The notes beneath the pieces were generated by a model that was not told where the DNA came from, searched no databases, and was given only the letters and a program-made list of their open reading frames with translations. A stretch of 64,000 nt of DNA, from assembly GCA_027451825.1 (NCBI GenBank), contig DAIDHZ010000001.1, forward strand, positions 29,942 to 93,941, written 5' to 3'. Of the stretch, positions 36,138-44,966 are shown piece by piece. Each line of letters opens with the position of its first letter. Within the stretch, counting starts at the first letter, position 1. Source of the DNA: Chlamydiota bacterium (GTDB taxonomy: Bacteria; Chlamydiota; Chlamydiia; Chlamydiales; SM23-39). Both the position numbers and the translations under genes were made by a program.

Positions 36138-37067
36138 ATGTTAGTAAAAAAAACTTTAATCCTTCTTCTTTCTCTTTGGTGCATCATCACTCTCACCTTT
36201 TTTCTGATGCACGTCATTCCGGGAGATCCGTTTATCGGAGAGCAAAATGTCCCCAAAGAAGTTTTACAAGCTTTGCATGCTCATTACGGGTTAGACCAAC
36301 CCATTCACATTCAATACTTCAAATACATTCAAAATTTACTTCACGGGAATTTAGGCTATTCCATCATCTATCATGGAAGAAGCATCAATCAATGCATTCA
36401 AGAAGGATTTCCCATTTCAGCAGCGCTTGGAATACAAGCCCTTCTCATTGCAGTCCCTTTAGGAATACTGATGGGCACTTTAGCAGCTCTTCATAAAAAC
36501 AAATGGCAAGACACATCCACCATGATCCTTTCTACACTTGGAACTTCTGTACCGAGTTTTGTTTTATCGAGCTTTCTTCAATTTATTTTTTGCATCCAAT
36601 TTCATCTTCTTCCTGTCGCACGCTGGGGAAGCTTCGAACACACGATCTTGCCATCGATTGCTCTTGCTGCACTTCCCTCTGCTTTCATTGCAAGACTTGT
36701 CAGATCCAATCTCATTGAAGTCTTAGAGCAAGACTACATCCGAACAGCGCTAGCCAAAGGAATTCCTTGGTTCAGAGTCGCTTTCAAACATGGACTCAAA
36801 AATGCAATCCTTCCAGTCATCGGTTATTTAGGTCCTTTAACCTCCAACATCATCACGGGAAGCTTTCTCATTGAAAGGATTTTTGCCATCCCGGGACTTG
36901 GTCAATGGATGATTCATAGCATCTACGGAAGAGACTATCCAATGATCATGGGGCTTACCATTTTCTTTAGCACATTACTCATTCTTTCCATGTTTATCGT
37001 AGATTTTGTATATATATGGATCGATCCTAGATTACGGAAACAAAAGAAGCCTGTTCTTGATGCTTAA
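36138..37067 (+). CDS. oppB: Oligopeptide/dipeptide ABC transporter permease
   Basis: N-terminal GDPF motif and the EAA-like loop YIRTALAKG. Confidence 0.92.
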   Translation: MLVKKTLILLLSLWCIITLTFFLMHVIPGDPFIGEQNVPKEVLQALHAHYGLDQPIHIQYFKYIQNLLHGNLGYSIIYHGRSINQCIQEGFPISAALGIQALLIAVPLGILMGTLAALHKNKWQDTSTMILSTLGTSVPSFVLSSFLQFIFCIQFHLLPVARWGSFEHTILPSIALAALPSAFIARLVRSNLIEVLEQDYIRTALAKGIPWFRVAFKHGLKNAILPVIGYLGPLTSNIITGSFLIERIFAIPGLGQWMIHSIYGRDYPMIMGLTIFFSTLLILSMFIVDFVYIWIDPRLRKQKKPVLDA

Positions 37068-37875
37068 ATACAAATTCACCGCTGTCCTTGCATTGTGGAG
37101 CTTCATTGCCATTCTCTTCATGGCCATCATAGGCCCTTGGATTTCTTCTTACAACTATTCAGAGATCCATTTAGAGCTCAAAAACACACCTCCCGGGGCT
37201 CAATTTTGGTTTGGGAGCGATGAATTAGGCAGAGATATCTTTAGTCGTGTTTGGTGGGGAGCTCGGGTTTCTTTATTCATTGGATTTGCAGCCGCTCTCA
37301 TCGATACAATTTTAGGAGTTTTATGGGGATCCATTGCCGCTTACTATGGAGGCAAAATCGATGAATTCATGATGCGATGTGCAGACGTTCTTTATGCAGT
37401 TCCTTATACTCTTGTTGTCATTCTTCTCACCGTCATTCGAGGGACCGGAATTCAAACCATTTTAATTGCAATGACACTCACCGGTTGGATCAGCATGGCG
37501 CGCATCTGTAGAAGCCAAATTCTTCAAATCAAACAACTCGACTACATTCTCGCAGCCCATACAATCGGAGCTTCATCTAGCCGCATCGTTTTACGACATC
37601 TCATTCCCAATGCTATCGGACCCATCATTGCCACAATGACTCTAACCATTCCTTCAGCCATCTTTACCGAATCATTTTTAAGCTTTTTAGGTCTTGGTGT
37701 TCAAGCGCCCGCAACAAGTCTTGGATCCATGATCAGCGATGGAGTTGGTGCAATGCGCTATTATCCATGGAGGCTTCTTTTCCCTTCTTTTGCAATCACA
37801 ATGACAATGATTTCTTTAAATATTTTAGGAAATCACTTCAGAGATCTTTTAGATCCCAGAGTCAAAAACCGATGA
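37060..37875 (+). CDS. oppC: Oligopeptide/dipeptide ABC transporter permease
   Basis: HLELKNTPPGAQFWFGSDELGRDIFSR and the EAA loop YILAAHTIGAS. The start is set at ATG 37060, an 8-nt overlap with oppB. Confidence 0.9.
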   Translation: MLKYKFTAVLALWSFIAILFMAIIGPWISSYNYSEIHLELKNTPPGAQFWFGSDELGRDIFSRVWWGARVSLFIGFAAALIDTILGVLWGSIAAYYGGKIDEFMMRCADVLYAVPYTLVVILLTVIRGTGIQTILIAMTLTGWISMARICRSQILQIKQLDYILAAHTIGASSSRIVLRHLIPNAIGPIIATMTLTIPSAIFTESFLSFLGLGVQAPATSLGSMISDGVGAMRYYPWRLLFPSFAITMTMISLNILGNHFRDLLDPRVKNR

Positions 37876-39443
37876 AAAAGCCTCTTCTTACCGTCAAAAA
37901 CCTAACTGTTTGCTTCTCGCATCAAAAAGAACGGATAAAGGCCGTTAAAGACGTCTCATTGACTCTTTTCGAAAGAGAATCTCTCGGAATTGTCGGAGAA
38001 AGCGGATCCGGGAAAACATCCATCATTCAAGCCATCACAAAGCTCTCGGATGCATCCATTGAAGGAGACGTTTTTTTTGAAGATACAAATCTTCTTCAGA
38101 ATCGATCTAAAATTTTAGGAACTAAAATCGGAATGATTTTTCAAGATCCGATGGCAAGTTTAAATCCCATCATGAAAATTGGAGAGCAAATCGCTGAAGG
38201 GATGATCTATCACAAACTTGCAAATCGACAGGTTGCAAAACAAAAGGCGCTCCAACTTTTAAAACTTGTCGGCCTTTCTAATGAAGAACTTCGCTATCAC
38301 CAATATCCCCATGAGCTCAGTGGAGGGATGCGCCAAAGAGTTGCGATTGCGATTGCTCTCGCATGCAATCCGCAACTTTTAATTGGAGATGAACCGACAA
38401 CAGCACTCGATGTGACCATTCAAGCTCAAATCCTACAACTCATCAAAAACATCCAAAAGAACTTCAACATGAGCCTTCTTCTCATTTCTCATGATCTTGG
38501 GGTTGTTTACGAAACATGCGATCGTATTTTGATTCTAAAAGATGGAATGATCGTTGAAGAAGGAGAAACAAAAACTCTTTTTAATTCCCCCAAGCACCCT
38601 TACACAAAAATGCTCATCAATGCCTGGGAACACAGATCTTATTCTTCAACACCACCCGCTCCCATTCATCTTCAAACAAATCAGGCACCTCTTCTTGAAG
38701 TCAAAAACCTCTCAAAACACTTTCTTTTAAAAGATCAAATCATCCACGCTGCCAAATCAATCTCTTTTTCCTTACAAAAAGGAGAAATTTTAGGACTCGT
38801 TGGAGAAAGTGGATCCGGCAAATCAACTCTTGGAAAAATGATTCTAAGATTAATCACCCCTTCCTCCGGACAAATTTTCTTTAAACAAGAAGAAATCTCA
38901 AATCAAAAAAAGAGACATCTCTACCGACAAATACAAATGATTTTCCAAGACCCCGCCTCTTCACTCAATCCTCGAATGACCATTGAAAGCATTTTGAAAG
39001 AACCAACAGATATCCATCATTTACCTCCTCGAGTGGATGAGCTTTTAGATCTTGTCGGCCTTCCTCAAAGCGCTAAAAAAAGATACCCTCATGAATTTAG
39101 CGGCGGACAAAAACAAAGAATCTCGATTGCAAGAGCTCTCAGCTTAAAACCGGATCTCATTGTCTGCGACGAACCCATTTCATCGTTAGATATCCTCATT
39201 CAAACACAAATCATTCATCTTCTCCTAAAGTTACAAAAAGAGCTTGGGCTATCTCTTCTTTTCATCACACATGATCTGACGACAGTGCTCTCGATTGCGA
39301 ATCGAATCGCTGTCATGCAAAAAGGCGAAATTGTCGAACTCAAAGAAAGCAAAACTCTTAAAGAAAATCCGGAGCATCCTTACACAAAGCATCTTCTTTC
39401 ATCCATTCCAAAAATCGAAAAAAAGGTATACTTAACTTTATGA
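37872..39443 (+). CDS. Fused two-domain OppD/OppF-type ABC ATPase
   Basis: Two complete NBDs: GESGSGKT...LSGGMRQR...DEPTTALD and GESGSGKS...FSGGQKQR...DEPISSLD. The start is ATGA-coupled to oppC. Confidence 0.92.
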   Translation: MKKPLLTVKNLTVCFSHQKERIKAVKDVSLTLFERESLGIVGESGSGKTSIIQAITKLSDASIEGDVFFEDTNLLQNRSKILGTKIGMIFQDPMASLNPIMKIGEQIAEGMIYHKLANRQVAKQKALQLLKLVGLSNEELRYHQYPHELSGGMRQRVAIAIALACNPQLLIGDEPTTALDVTIQAQILQLIKNIQKNFNMSLLLISHDLGVVYETCDRILILKDGMIVEEGETKTLFNSPKHPYTKMLINAWEHRSYSSTPPAPIHLQTNQAPLLEVKNLSKHFLLKDQIIHAAKSISFSLQKGEILGLVGESGSGKSTLGKMILRLITPSSGQIFFKQEEISNQKKRHLYRQIQMIFQDPASSLNPRMTIESILKEPTDIHHLPPRVDELLDLVGLPQSAKKRYPHEFSGGQKQRISIARALSLKPDLIVCDEPISSLDILIQTQIIHLLLKLQKELGLSLLFITHDLTTVLSIANRIAVMQKGEIVELKESKTLKENPEHPYTKHLLSSIPKIEKKVYLTL

Positions 39444-39564
39444 AAGAGGTTCATCCGGTTCAAGCAGCAGCAATTGTCCATACAAATGGCAGAGCGTTCA
39501 TCCACTTCATCACTCGTATGGTCAGAGAATCGCAAAAAGACTACCTAAGATTATTTTTAAAATA

Positions 39565-39746
39565 GAGCCAATTGCAAAACTGCTTTGCCCGGAAAAATCG
39601 ATGATTTTGAGGTCATTTAAGAGGGCAAGCGAGCTTGCCCGATTCACTTCGACGAACCCAACCCCTGGTGGGTTGGGTAAGGAGAGTGAACTTAAATGGC
39701 CCCAAAAGGGCGATTTTAACGGGCAAATGAGTTTTGCAATTGGCTC
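39565..39746. mobile_element. Family C palindromic element or structured RNA locus (182 bp)
   Basis: The left arm GAGCCAATTGCAAAACTGCTTTGCCCGGAAAAATCG pairs with the reverse complement of CGATTTTAACGGGCAAATGAGTTTTGCAATTGGCTC (4 mismatches in 36). Internal hairpins are GGGCAAGC-GA-GCTTGCCC and CCCAACCC-CTGGT-GGGTTGGG. Confidence 0.75.
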
Positions 39747-39753
39747 AATAGCT

Positions 39754-40272
39754 TTAAGAGGACGTTTTAACATCTCCCAAAGAAAGCATCGCCGATCTTA
39801 CACCATAACATAGATTCTGAACAGATTCACCGTTCACAAGTCTTCTCAATTTTTCCACATCCGCATCATTGATAGGAGAGTCGAGAGGACATGGATGATG
39901 ATGAGTTCCACTTGTCCAAACAGAATCTCCTCGATGTCGTTTAAATAGATGTTGAACACCTTCTTCTTGAGAACCATCTGGATGGGTAACCTTATTACGC
40001 ATGACAAGAGAAGTGCTTGAAGGATACCCCTCAATCCCATCAAAAGCTCCCACTAAACGCATTAAAGGAGAGGGTACTTGATCAGGAGGAATCCCATCTG
40101 CAGGATATGTCCCCTGCTGAAACTCAGGGCGAAATGCTAAAACAGGCAATCTACAAAAAGCTTCTGGACCTCCTACAGCATCTACAATTTTTGCAGAAGT
40201 GCCCTCTTGAAGGTATTTTTCAACCTCATACATACATTTCCAAAAAGCAGTTGAATCACTCACCGGCGGCAT
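39754..40272 (-). CDS. Hypothetical protein (172 aa)
   Basis: ORF with somewhat higher GC than its neighbours. No family recognised. Confidence 0.5.
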   Translation of the reverse strand: MPPVSDSTAFWKCMYEVEKYLQEGTSAKIVDAVGGPEAFCRLPVLAFRPEFQQGTYPADGIPPDQVPSPLMRLVGAFDGIEGYPSSTSLVMRNKVTHPDGSQEEGVQHLFKRHRGDSVWTSGTHHHPCPLDSPINDADVEKLRRLVNGESVQNLCYGVRSAMLSLGDVKTSS

Positions 40273-40315
40273 AAAACTCTCCTATATAAAAAGGAGAACA
40301 TAATACCAAAAAAAA

Positions 40316-41506
40316 TCAATTCTCAAAAGACATTATTTTCTCTTGAACGCCACCAATAATATGAACTTGTCTTTGCAAATCCACATAGAGATCATATTCA
40401 AGTCGAATCCCAAAATCTTGTAAGTAAATACCCGGTTCTATCGAAAAGCAACTACCCGGTAAAATCGGACGAACATCATGCGTTTCCAAATTATCCATAT
40501 GAGCGCCACTGCCATGCAGCTCTTCGCCAATATTATGCCCTGTTCGATGAATGAAATATTGGCCGTAGCCTGCATCCACAATGACTTTTCGAGCCACATC
40601 ATCCACCTCAAATCCAAGCACTTGAGTGTGCGCTGCGAACCGCTCTTTAATAAATTCAGTAGCAGCTATTTGCGCTTTACGAACGATCTTAAACACTTTG
40701 ACGTGCTCTTCTTTTGGCTGATTGGCAGCAATCCCGACTCTTGTAATATCTGCATACACAGATCGAGGCGCTTTTTCTTTCGCCCACATATCAATGAGAA
40801 TAAAATCGCCCATAGAAATGGGAAGAGATGTTTTTTGAGACGGTTGATAATGAGGATCCGAGCTATGGCGATTCACACTCACATTCGGAGGCGAATCGGT
40901 AAAAAGGTTTCTTTTTTCAAATTCTGAAAGAATCTTTTGCTGCACATCATGTTCCGTCAAAAAATCTCCTTTTTTGATTGTATAAAAAATCCATTGCCAT
41001 GTCTCATTCACAATAAAATCCAAATGTTTTCCGACTCGAATAAGACTCTCTTTTTGAGCATCATCTAAAACAGCTGTAAAATAAGGAACAAAATTCGCAG
41101 AACTCCCCACTTCAACACCCAAAGAACGAATCCATTCTACAGTACCGGCATCCACCTTCGACACATAAGGAATTTCATTTTTTGGAGAATATTCCATGGC
41201 CACTTTTTTCTTGCCCTGCAAAAGCACTGCCATCTCTTTGTGTAAACTCTGCCAGGAAAAATAGACTTTTTTAATCCCTGGCCACTCATCCAAAATATGA
41301 GATTCAATGGCATGGACTAACTTCATTGGTTCTCCTTCCGCCGGAATCCAATAAAAAAACCGTCTTCTAAAAATCGTATTTTCCGGAAATTCCAAAAAAT
41401 TGTAACAAATGGGATTGTTTCGCATGAAATCATACAAAAGCCACCCATCAAAATGTTCTTCTTGAAGAAGAGTTTGCACTTTTTTTATTTTTTCTTGTTT
41501 TGTCAT
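40316..41506 (-). CDS. M24-family Xaa-Pro aminopeptidase
   Basis: Pita-bread metal-ligand pattern: DMWA...DITR, HRTGHNIG, EPGIY, and LEYD. Confidence 0.88.
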   Translation of the reverse strand: MTKQEKIKKVQTLLQEEHFDGWLLYDFMRNNPICYNFLEFPENTIFRRRFFYWIPAEGEPMKLVHAIESHILDEWPGIKKVYFSWQSLHKEMAVLLQGKKKVAMEYSPKNEIPYVSKVDAGTVEWIRSLGVEVGSSANFVPYFTAVLDDAQKESLIRVGKHLDFIVNETWQWIFYTIKKGDFLTEHDVQQKILSEFEKRNLFTDSPPNVSVNRHSSDPHYQPSQKTSLPISMGDFILIDMWAKEKAPRSVYADITRVGIAANQPKEEHVKVFKIVRKAQIAATEFIKERFAAHTQVLGFEVDDVARKVIVDAGYGQYFIHRTGHNIGEELHGSGAHMDNLETHDVRPILPGSCFSIEPGIYLQDFGIRLEYDLYVDLQRQVHIIGGVQEKIMSFEN

Positions 41507-43263
41507 CTATGAATACTCTGAATTAATGCAGCGGCAGCAGCCACGCGTAAAATTGGGAAAGGCTCTTTAAATGCAGACAGTAAAAAGTGAAATGACTCAA
41601 TGCCTCCGACGTGTCCCATTGCCTCCAAAATATGAAGCTTTTTATCGTGATCGGAAGAAGCATAAAACTGCTGAAGATCTCGAATCACCGACTCATCGCG
41701 TCCAAACATCGCCAAAACAAAACAAGCCTGCAAACGGACATCCGGATCTGAATCATTCAAAAGCTGTTTTACCACATCCAAAGAAGACTCATCCCCTTCT
41801 TGTAAAAGCGTTGCCGCGGCAACCCCTGTAATGCCCCATGATTTCTTTTTCAGAAAACTTTTTAAAGCATCCAAAGCTCTTGGATCTTCCACTAAAGCAA
41901 GTAAAGAAATGATATTCAGCCGCGTCATTTGATCGATTGCTTCCGGATAATTGGGAATATGATCTACATGACGCACCTGGTTTGGCGCTAACACCTGGAA
42001 AAGAGGATTCGGTCTTGTATCCCACATCCACATTCTCTTATCTTGGGAAAATTGAACCAAGATATCACAGCAAAGAGGAACTTCCTTCCTTTGAGAAATA
42101 AGACCTAGAGCCAAATTCGCAAGTACATAAGGATCTTGAGATTCTTTCATCACGGAAATGGCAATCGGCACCCCAAGACTTCCGGTGGATGACAAAACTG
42201 CAGCTGCAAATCTACGATGCTCAGACAAAGGACTATTCAACCACTTTAGAAAGCAAGATTTTACATCCATGCCGGACACTAAAGCCGCCCACGCAGCGGT
42301 CATCGCAACTTCCGGACAAGAATCTTCGATCGCTGATTGAAGATGTCCTTGAAGAGTCTCTAAAGGATATTTTGTCCGATAAAAAAGCCCAAGCGCATTC
42401 AATGCAGCAATACGAACGTCCGGATGAGGATCATGAATGAATTGCAAGATTTCATCTCCGGCAGCATCCAGTTTAAAATGCAAAGCAATCGAACATGCTA
42501 AATGACGAAGACCTGCGCGATTGCTTTTTGCAAAAACAAGCCATTTTGAATGGTCGATGTCATCATACATAGACATCAAGGATTCAATCGCTCCCACTCT
42601 CTCTTCATAAGTGGTTTTTTCAGACTGGATAAGCTGCGTTAATTCAGGACCTAATTCTTTCATTCTCAAAGCGCCAAGAGTTCGAATCACCTCTAAGCGA
42701 ACCATCCAGACTTTTTCTTCTCGCACGAGTCTTACAATTTCATCTTTCAAAGGAGCATCTTGATATTGAGCGGCCATTTGAACAGCAACAGAGCGAATCA
42801 CAGCATTGCTATCGCGCATCATTTTAATGAGAAATGGAACGGCCCGAATATCATGCGTCAAATAAACACCAATCAAAGACGCCAATCGAACTCCATACTG
42901 CGTAGAGTCCAATCCTTTTTTTAAAACCCCCCAAGAAAGCTCCTCTAAAAGATGTCTTTCTGTCGCTAAATCGGGATATTTTAAAGAAAGAGCATGCCAA
43001 GAATCTAACGCCTTTTCTTCGAATCCATTGGCAGAGAGCGCCTCAATATAAAGAGAAGACACTTGCTTAGAATCAGGAAATCGAAGAGAAAGCTCTTTTA
43101 CTTCTGACAAGGCAGCTGCAGCATCATCAATCAATAAATGAGAACGAACACGACGCATCCCTTCGAATTCATCCGGCAAATCTTGAACCGCTGCAACGAT
43201 GAGCAGCGGGAAAAAAAAGCATCGTTTCCAATTATCCAAGGTGTCCCAAAACCCTTCCCCCAA
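41503..43263 (-). CDS. HEAT/PBS-lyase-repeat protein
   Basis: Repeated DxxxxVRxxAaxaLg units occur throughout (DPHPDVRIAALNALG, DSDPDVRLQACFVLA, NAVIRSVAVQMAA). Confidence 0.7.
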   Translation of the reverse strand: MGEGFWDTLDNWKRCFFFPLLIVAAVQDLPDEFEGMRRVRSHLLIDDAAAALSEVKELSLRFPDSKQVSSLYIEALSANGFEEKALDSWHALSLKYPDLATERHLLEELSWGVLKKGLDSTQYGVRLASLIGVYLTHDIRAVPFLIKMMRDSNAVIRSVAVQMAAQYQDAPLKDEIVRLVREEKVWMVRLEVIRTLGALRMKELGPELTQLIQSEKTTYEERVGAIESLMSMYDDIDHSKWLVFAKSNRAGLRHLACSIALHFKLDAAGDEILQFIHDPHPDVRIAALNALGLFYRTKYPLETLQGHLQSAIEDSCPEVAMTAAWAALVSGMDVKSCFLKWLNSPLSEHRRFAAAVLSSTGSLGVPIAISVMKESQDPYVLANLALGLISQRKEVPLCCDILVQFSQDKRMWMWDTRPNPLFQVLAPNQVRHVDHIPNYPEAIDQMTRLNIISLLALVEDPRALDALKSFLKKKSWGITGVAAATLLQEGDESSLDVVKQLLNDSDPDVRLQACFVLAMFGRDESVIRDLQQFYASSDHDKKLHILEAMGHVGGIESFHFLLSAFKEPFPILRVAAAAALIQSIHR

Positions 43264-43567
43264 TCAAATGAAAATGCAAATGAAAAACAGTTTGTCCTGC
43301 ATTCGGTCCATTATTCGTCACAAGACGATACCCGTCCACAATCCCTTTTTCCTCTGCAATCTTTTGAGCAACCGACATCATTTCACCAACGAGTGGCCAA
43401 TCTTGAGGCTCTAAACTATGAATATCTGGAATCTCCTTTTTAGGCATAATTAAAATATGAACCGGTGCTACCGGATGAATATCTTCAATTGCCAGAATTC
43501 TTTCATTTTCAAAGACTTTTTTACTCGGAATCTTCCCTTGAATAATCAAACCAAAAACCGTACTCAT
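43232..43567 (-). CDS. HIT-family (histidine triad) nucleotide hydrolase
   Basis: GQTVFHLHFHLIGG is the HxHxHxx motif. Confidence 0.93.
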   Translation of the reverse strand: MSTVFGLIIQGKIPSKKVFENERILAIEDIHPVAPVHILIMPKKEIPDIHSLEPQDWPLVGEMMSVAQKIAEEKGIVDGYRLVTNNGPNAGQTVFHLHFHLIGGRVLGHLG

Positions 43568-43570
43568 GAA

Positions 43571-44437
43571 TTACCTCTGCGTTGCAATATGAAGAGCCTT
43601 TAAAGCATCTTCTTTCGTTTCCCAAATAGAAATAAACCTGCCCTTATGGCAAAAAATAGCCCCTGGAATCTGACTGACTCGCTTCAAATCTTTCTCCAAA
43701 AGACCCGCCCAAGCTTCAGGTAAAGGACGTCTTACCTTCAATCTCTCTTGCAAAGTCGGAGGAATCCCTCTCAATTTCCAATGAGCGCCTGTTGGCATAA
43801 TGATAAAGGTTGCCGAATGAAACTCGCCGCCAAGTTCAAAAAAGCTCTCCATCCAAGGAATGGGATGATCAAAAATTAAAACATTCAAAGAACTTGCCAT
43901 CGCCTTTCTGACCATCTCTTTACAATCCAGCGTATATTGATGCCGTTCCTTTAAACGAAGCAAATGTCCGTAGACAAAATCAACAGCGGATAAAAAAGAA
44001 GCATTCATTTCTTCATCCGTTGCTTCATAACGGATGGGCAAAAAATTAGAAAGCACTTGAGAAAAAGAAGAGGTTCCAATTTCTATTTTAGAAAGACCGT
44101 TATCATGCGCATCCACACCCATCACCAGAGTCTTATGATACATATCGTAAAGATGGCTGCTCATCAAACCGTGTTCTTTCAAATACAGAAGAACCATTCC
44201 TGCGCTACTTAAAAGTCCTTGATATTCAGCTTGATGATGATCAAAGCGTTTCTTTTTTGGATCATAAACGCCTCCGACATCGCAGACGTATTCACACTCA
44301 TTGAACACAGATGAATCTCTTGTTCTAAAGATTTTATCTCGATCAATGAGATCGTAAAGCAATAAAAACGCACAAGCAGTCACTTCATCTGCATGAAAAG
44401 ATCCGCTATGAACACCTAAACTCCGTGAGATTTTCAT
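43571..44437 (-). CDS. MYG1/UPF0160-family metal-dependent hydrolase
   Basis: HSGSFHADEVTA at the N-terminus and DHHQ in the FDHHQAEY region. Confidence 0.85.
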   Translation of the reverse strand: MKISRSLGVHSGSFHADEVTACAFLLLYDLIDRDKIFRTRDSSVFNECEYVCDVGGVYDPKKKRFDHHQAEYQGLLSSAGMVLLYLKEHGLMSSHLYDMYHKTLVMGVDAHDNGLSKIEIGTSSFSQVLSNFLPIRYEATDEEMNASFLSAVDFVYGHLLRLKERHQYTLDCKEMVRKAMASSLNVLIFDHPIPWMESFFELGGEFHSATFIIMPTGAHWKLRGIPPTLQERLKVRRPLPEAWAGLLEKDLKRVSQIPGAIFCHKGRFISIWETKEDALKALHIATQR

Positions 44438-44501
44438 TTTTCTCTTTAAAGCTAAAAGTTAAAAAAGATAACCTCATATTGAATTTGATGTAAACAAGCT
44501 T

Positions 44502-44960
44502 ATGAAAATTTCAAGCCCTGCTTTTAAACACAATGGAAAAGTCCCTTCTCTCTATACATGCGAAGGGAAAAATATAAATCCTCCTTTGGAATTTGTCGAC
44601 ATTCCCAAAGAAGCAAAAAGTCTCGTCCTCATCATGGACGATCCTGATGTTCCTCATCACTTAAGAAAAGATGGAATGTGGGATCATTGGATTTTATTCA
44701 ACATTTCACCATCGATTCATCAGATCAAAGAAGATTCCACTCCCGTATGCAATGGTGGGAAAACAACTTGGGGCCATACTCAATATGGAGGTCCTTGTCC
44801 TCCCGATCGAGAACATCGCTATTTTTTCAAGCTCTATGCTTTAGATACAATGCTCAAACTTCCAACAGGCGCCACAAAACAAGAAATCGAAAAAGCAATG
44901 CAAGACCATATTTTAGCAAAAGCTGAACTCATTGGTCTTTACGAAAAAAAGAACCCATAA
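44502..44960 (+). CDS. YbhB/YbcL (PEBP) family protein
   Basis: DDPDVP...WDHWILFNI...GPCPPDREHRYFFKLYALD are PEBP signatures. Confidence 0.9.
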   Translation: MKISSPAFKHNGKVPSLYTCEGKNINPPLEFVDIPKEAKSLVLIMDDPDVPHHLRKDGMWDHWILFNISPSIHQIKEDSTPVCNGGKTTWGHTQYGGPCPPDREHRYFFKLYALDTMLKLPTGATKQEIEKAMQDHILAKAELIGLYEKKNP

Positions 44961-44966
44961 GCATCT

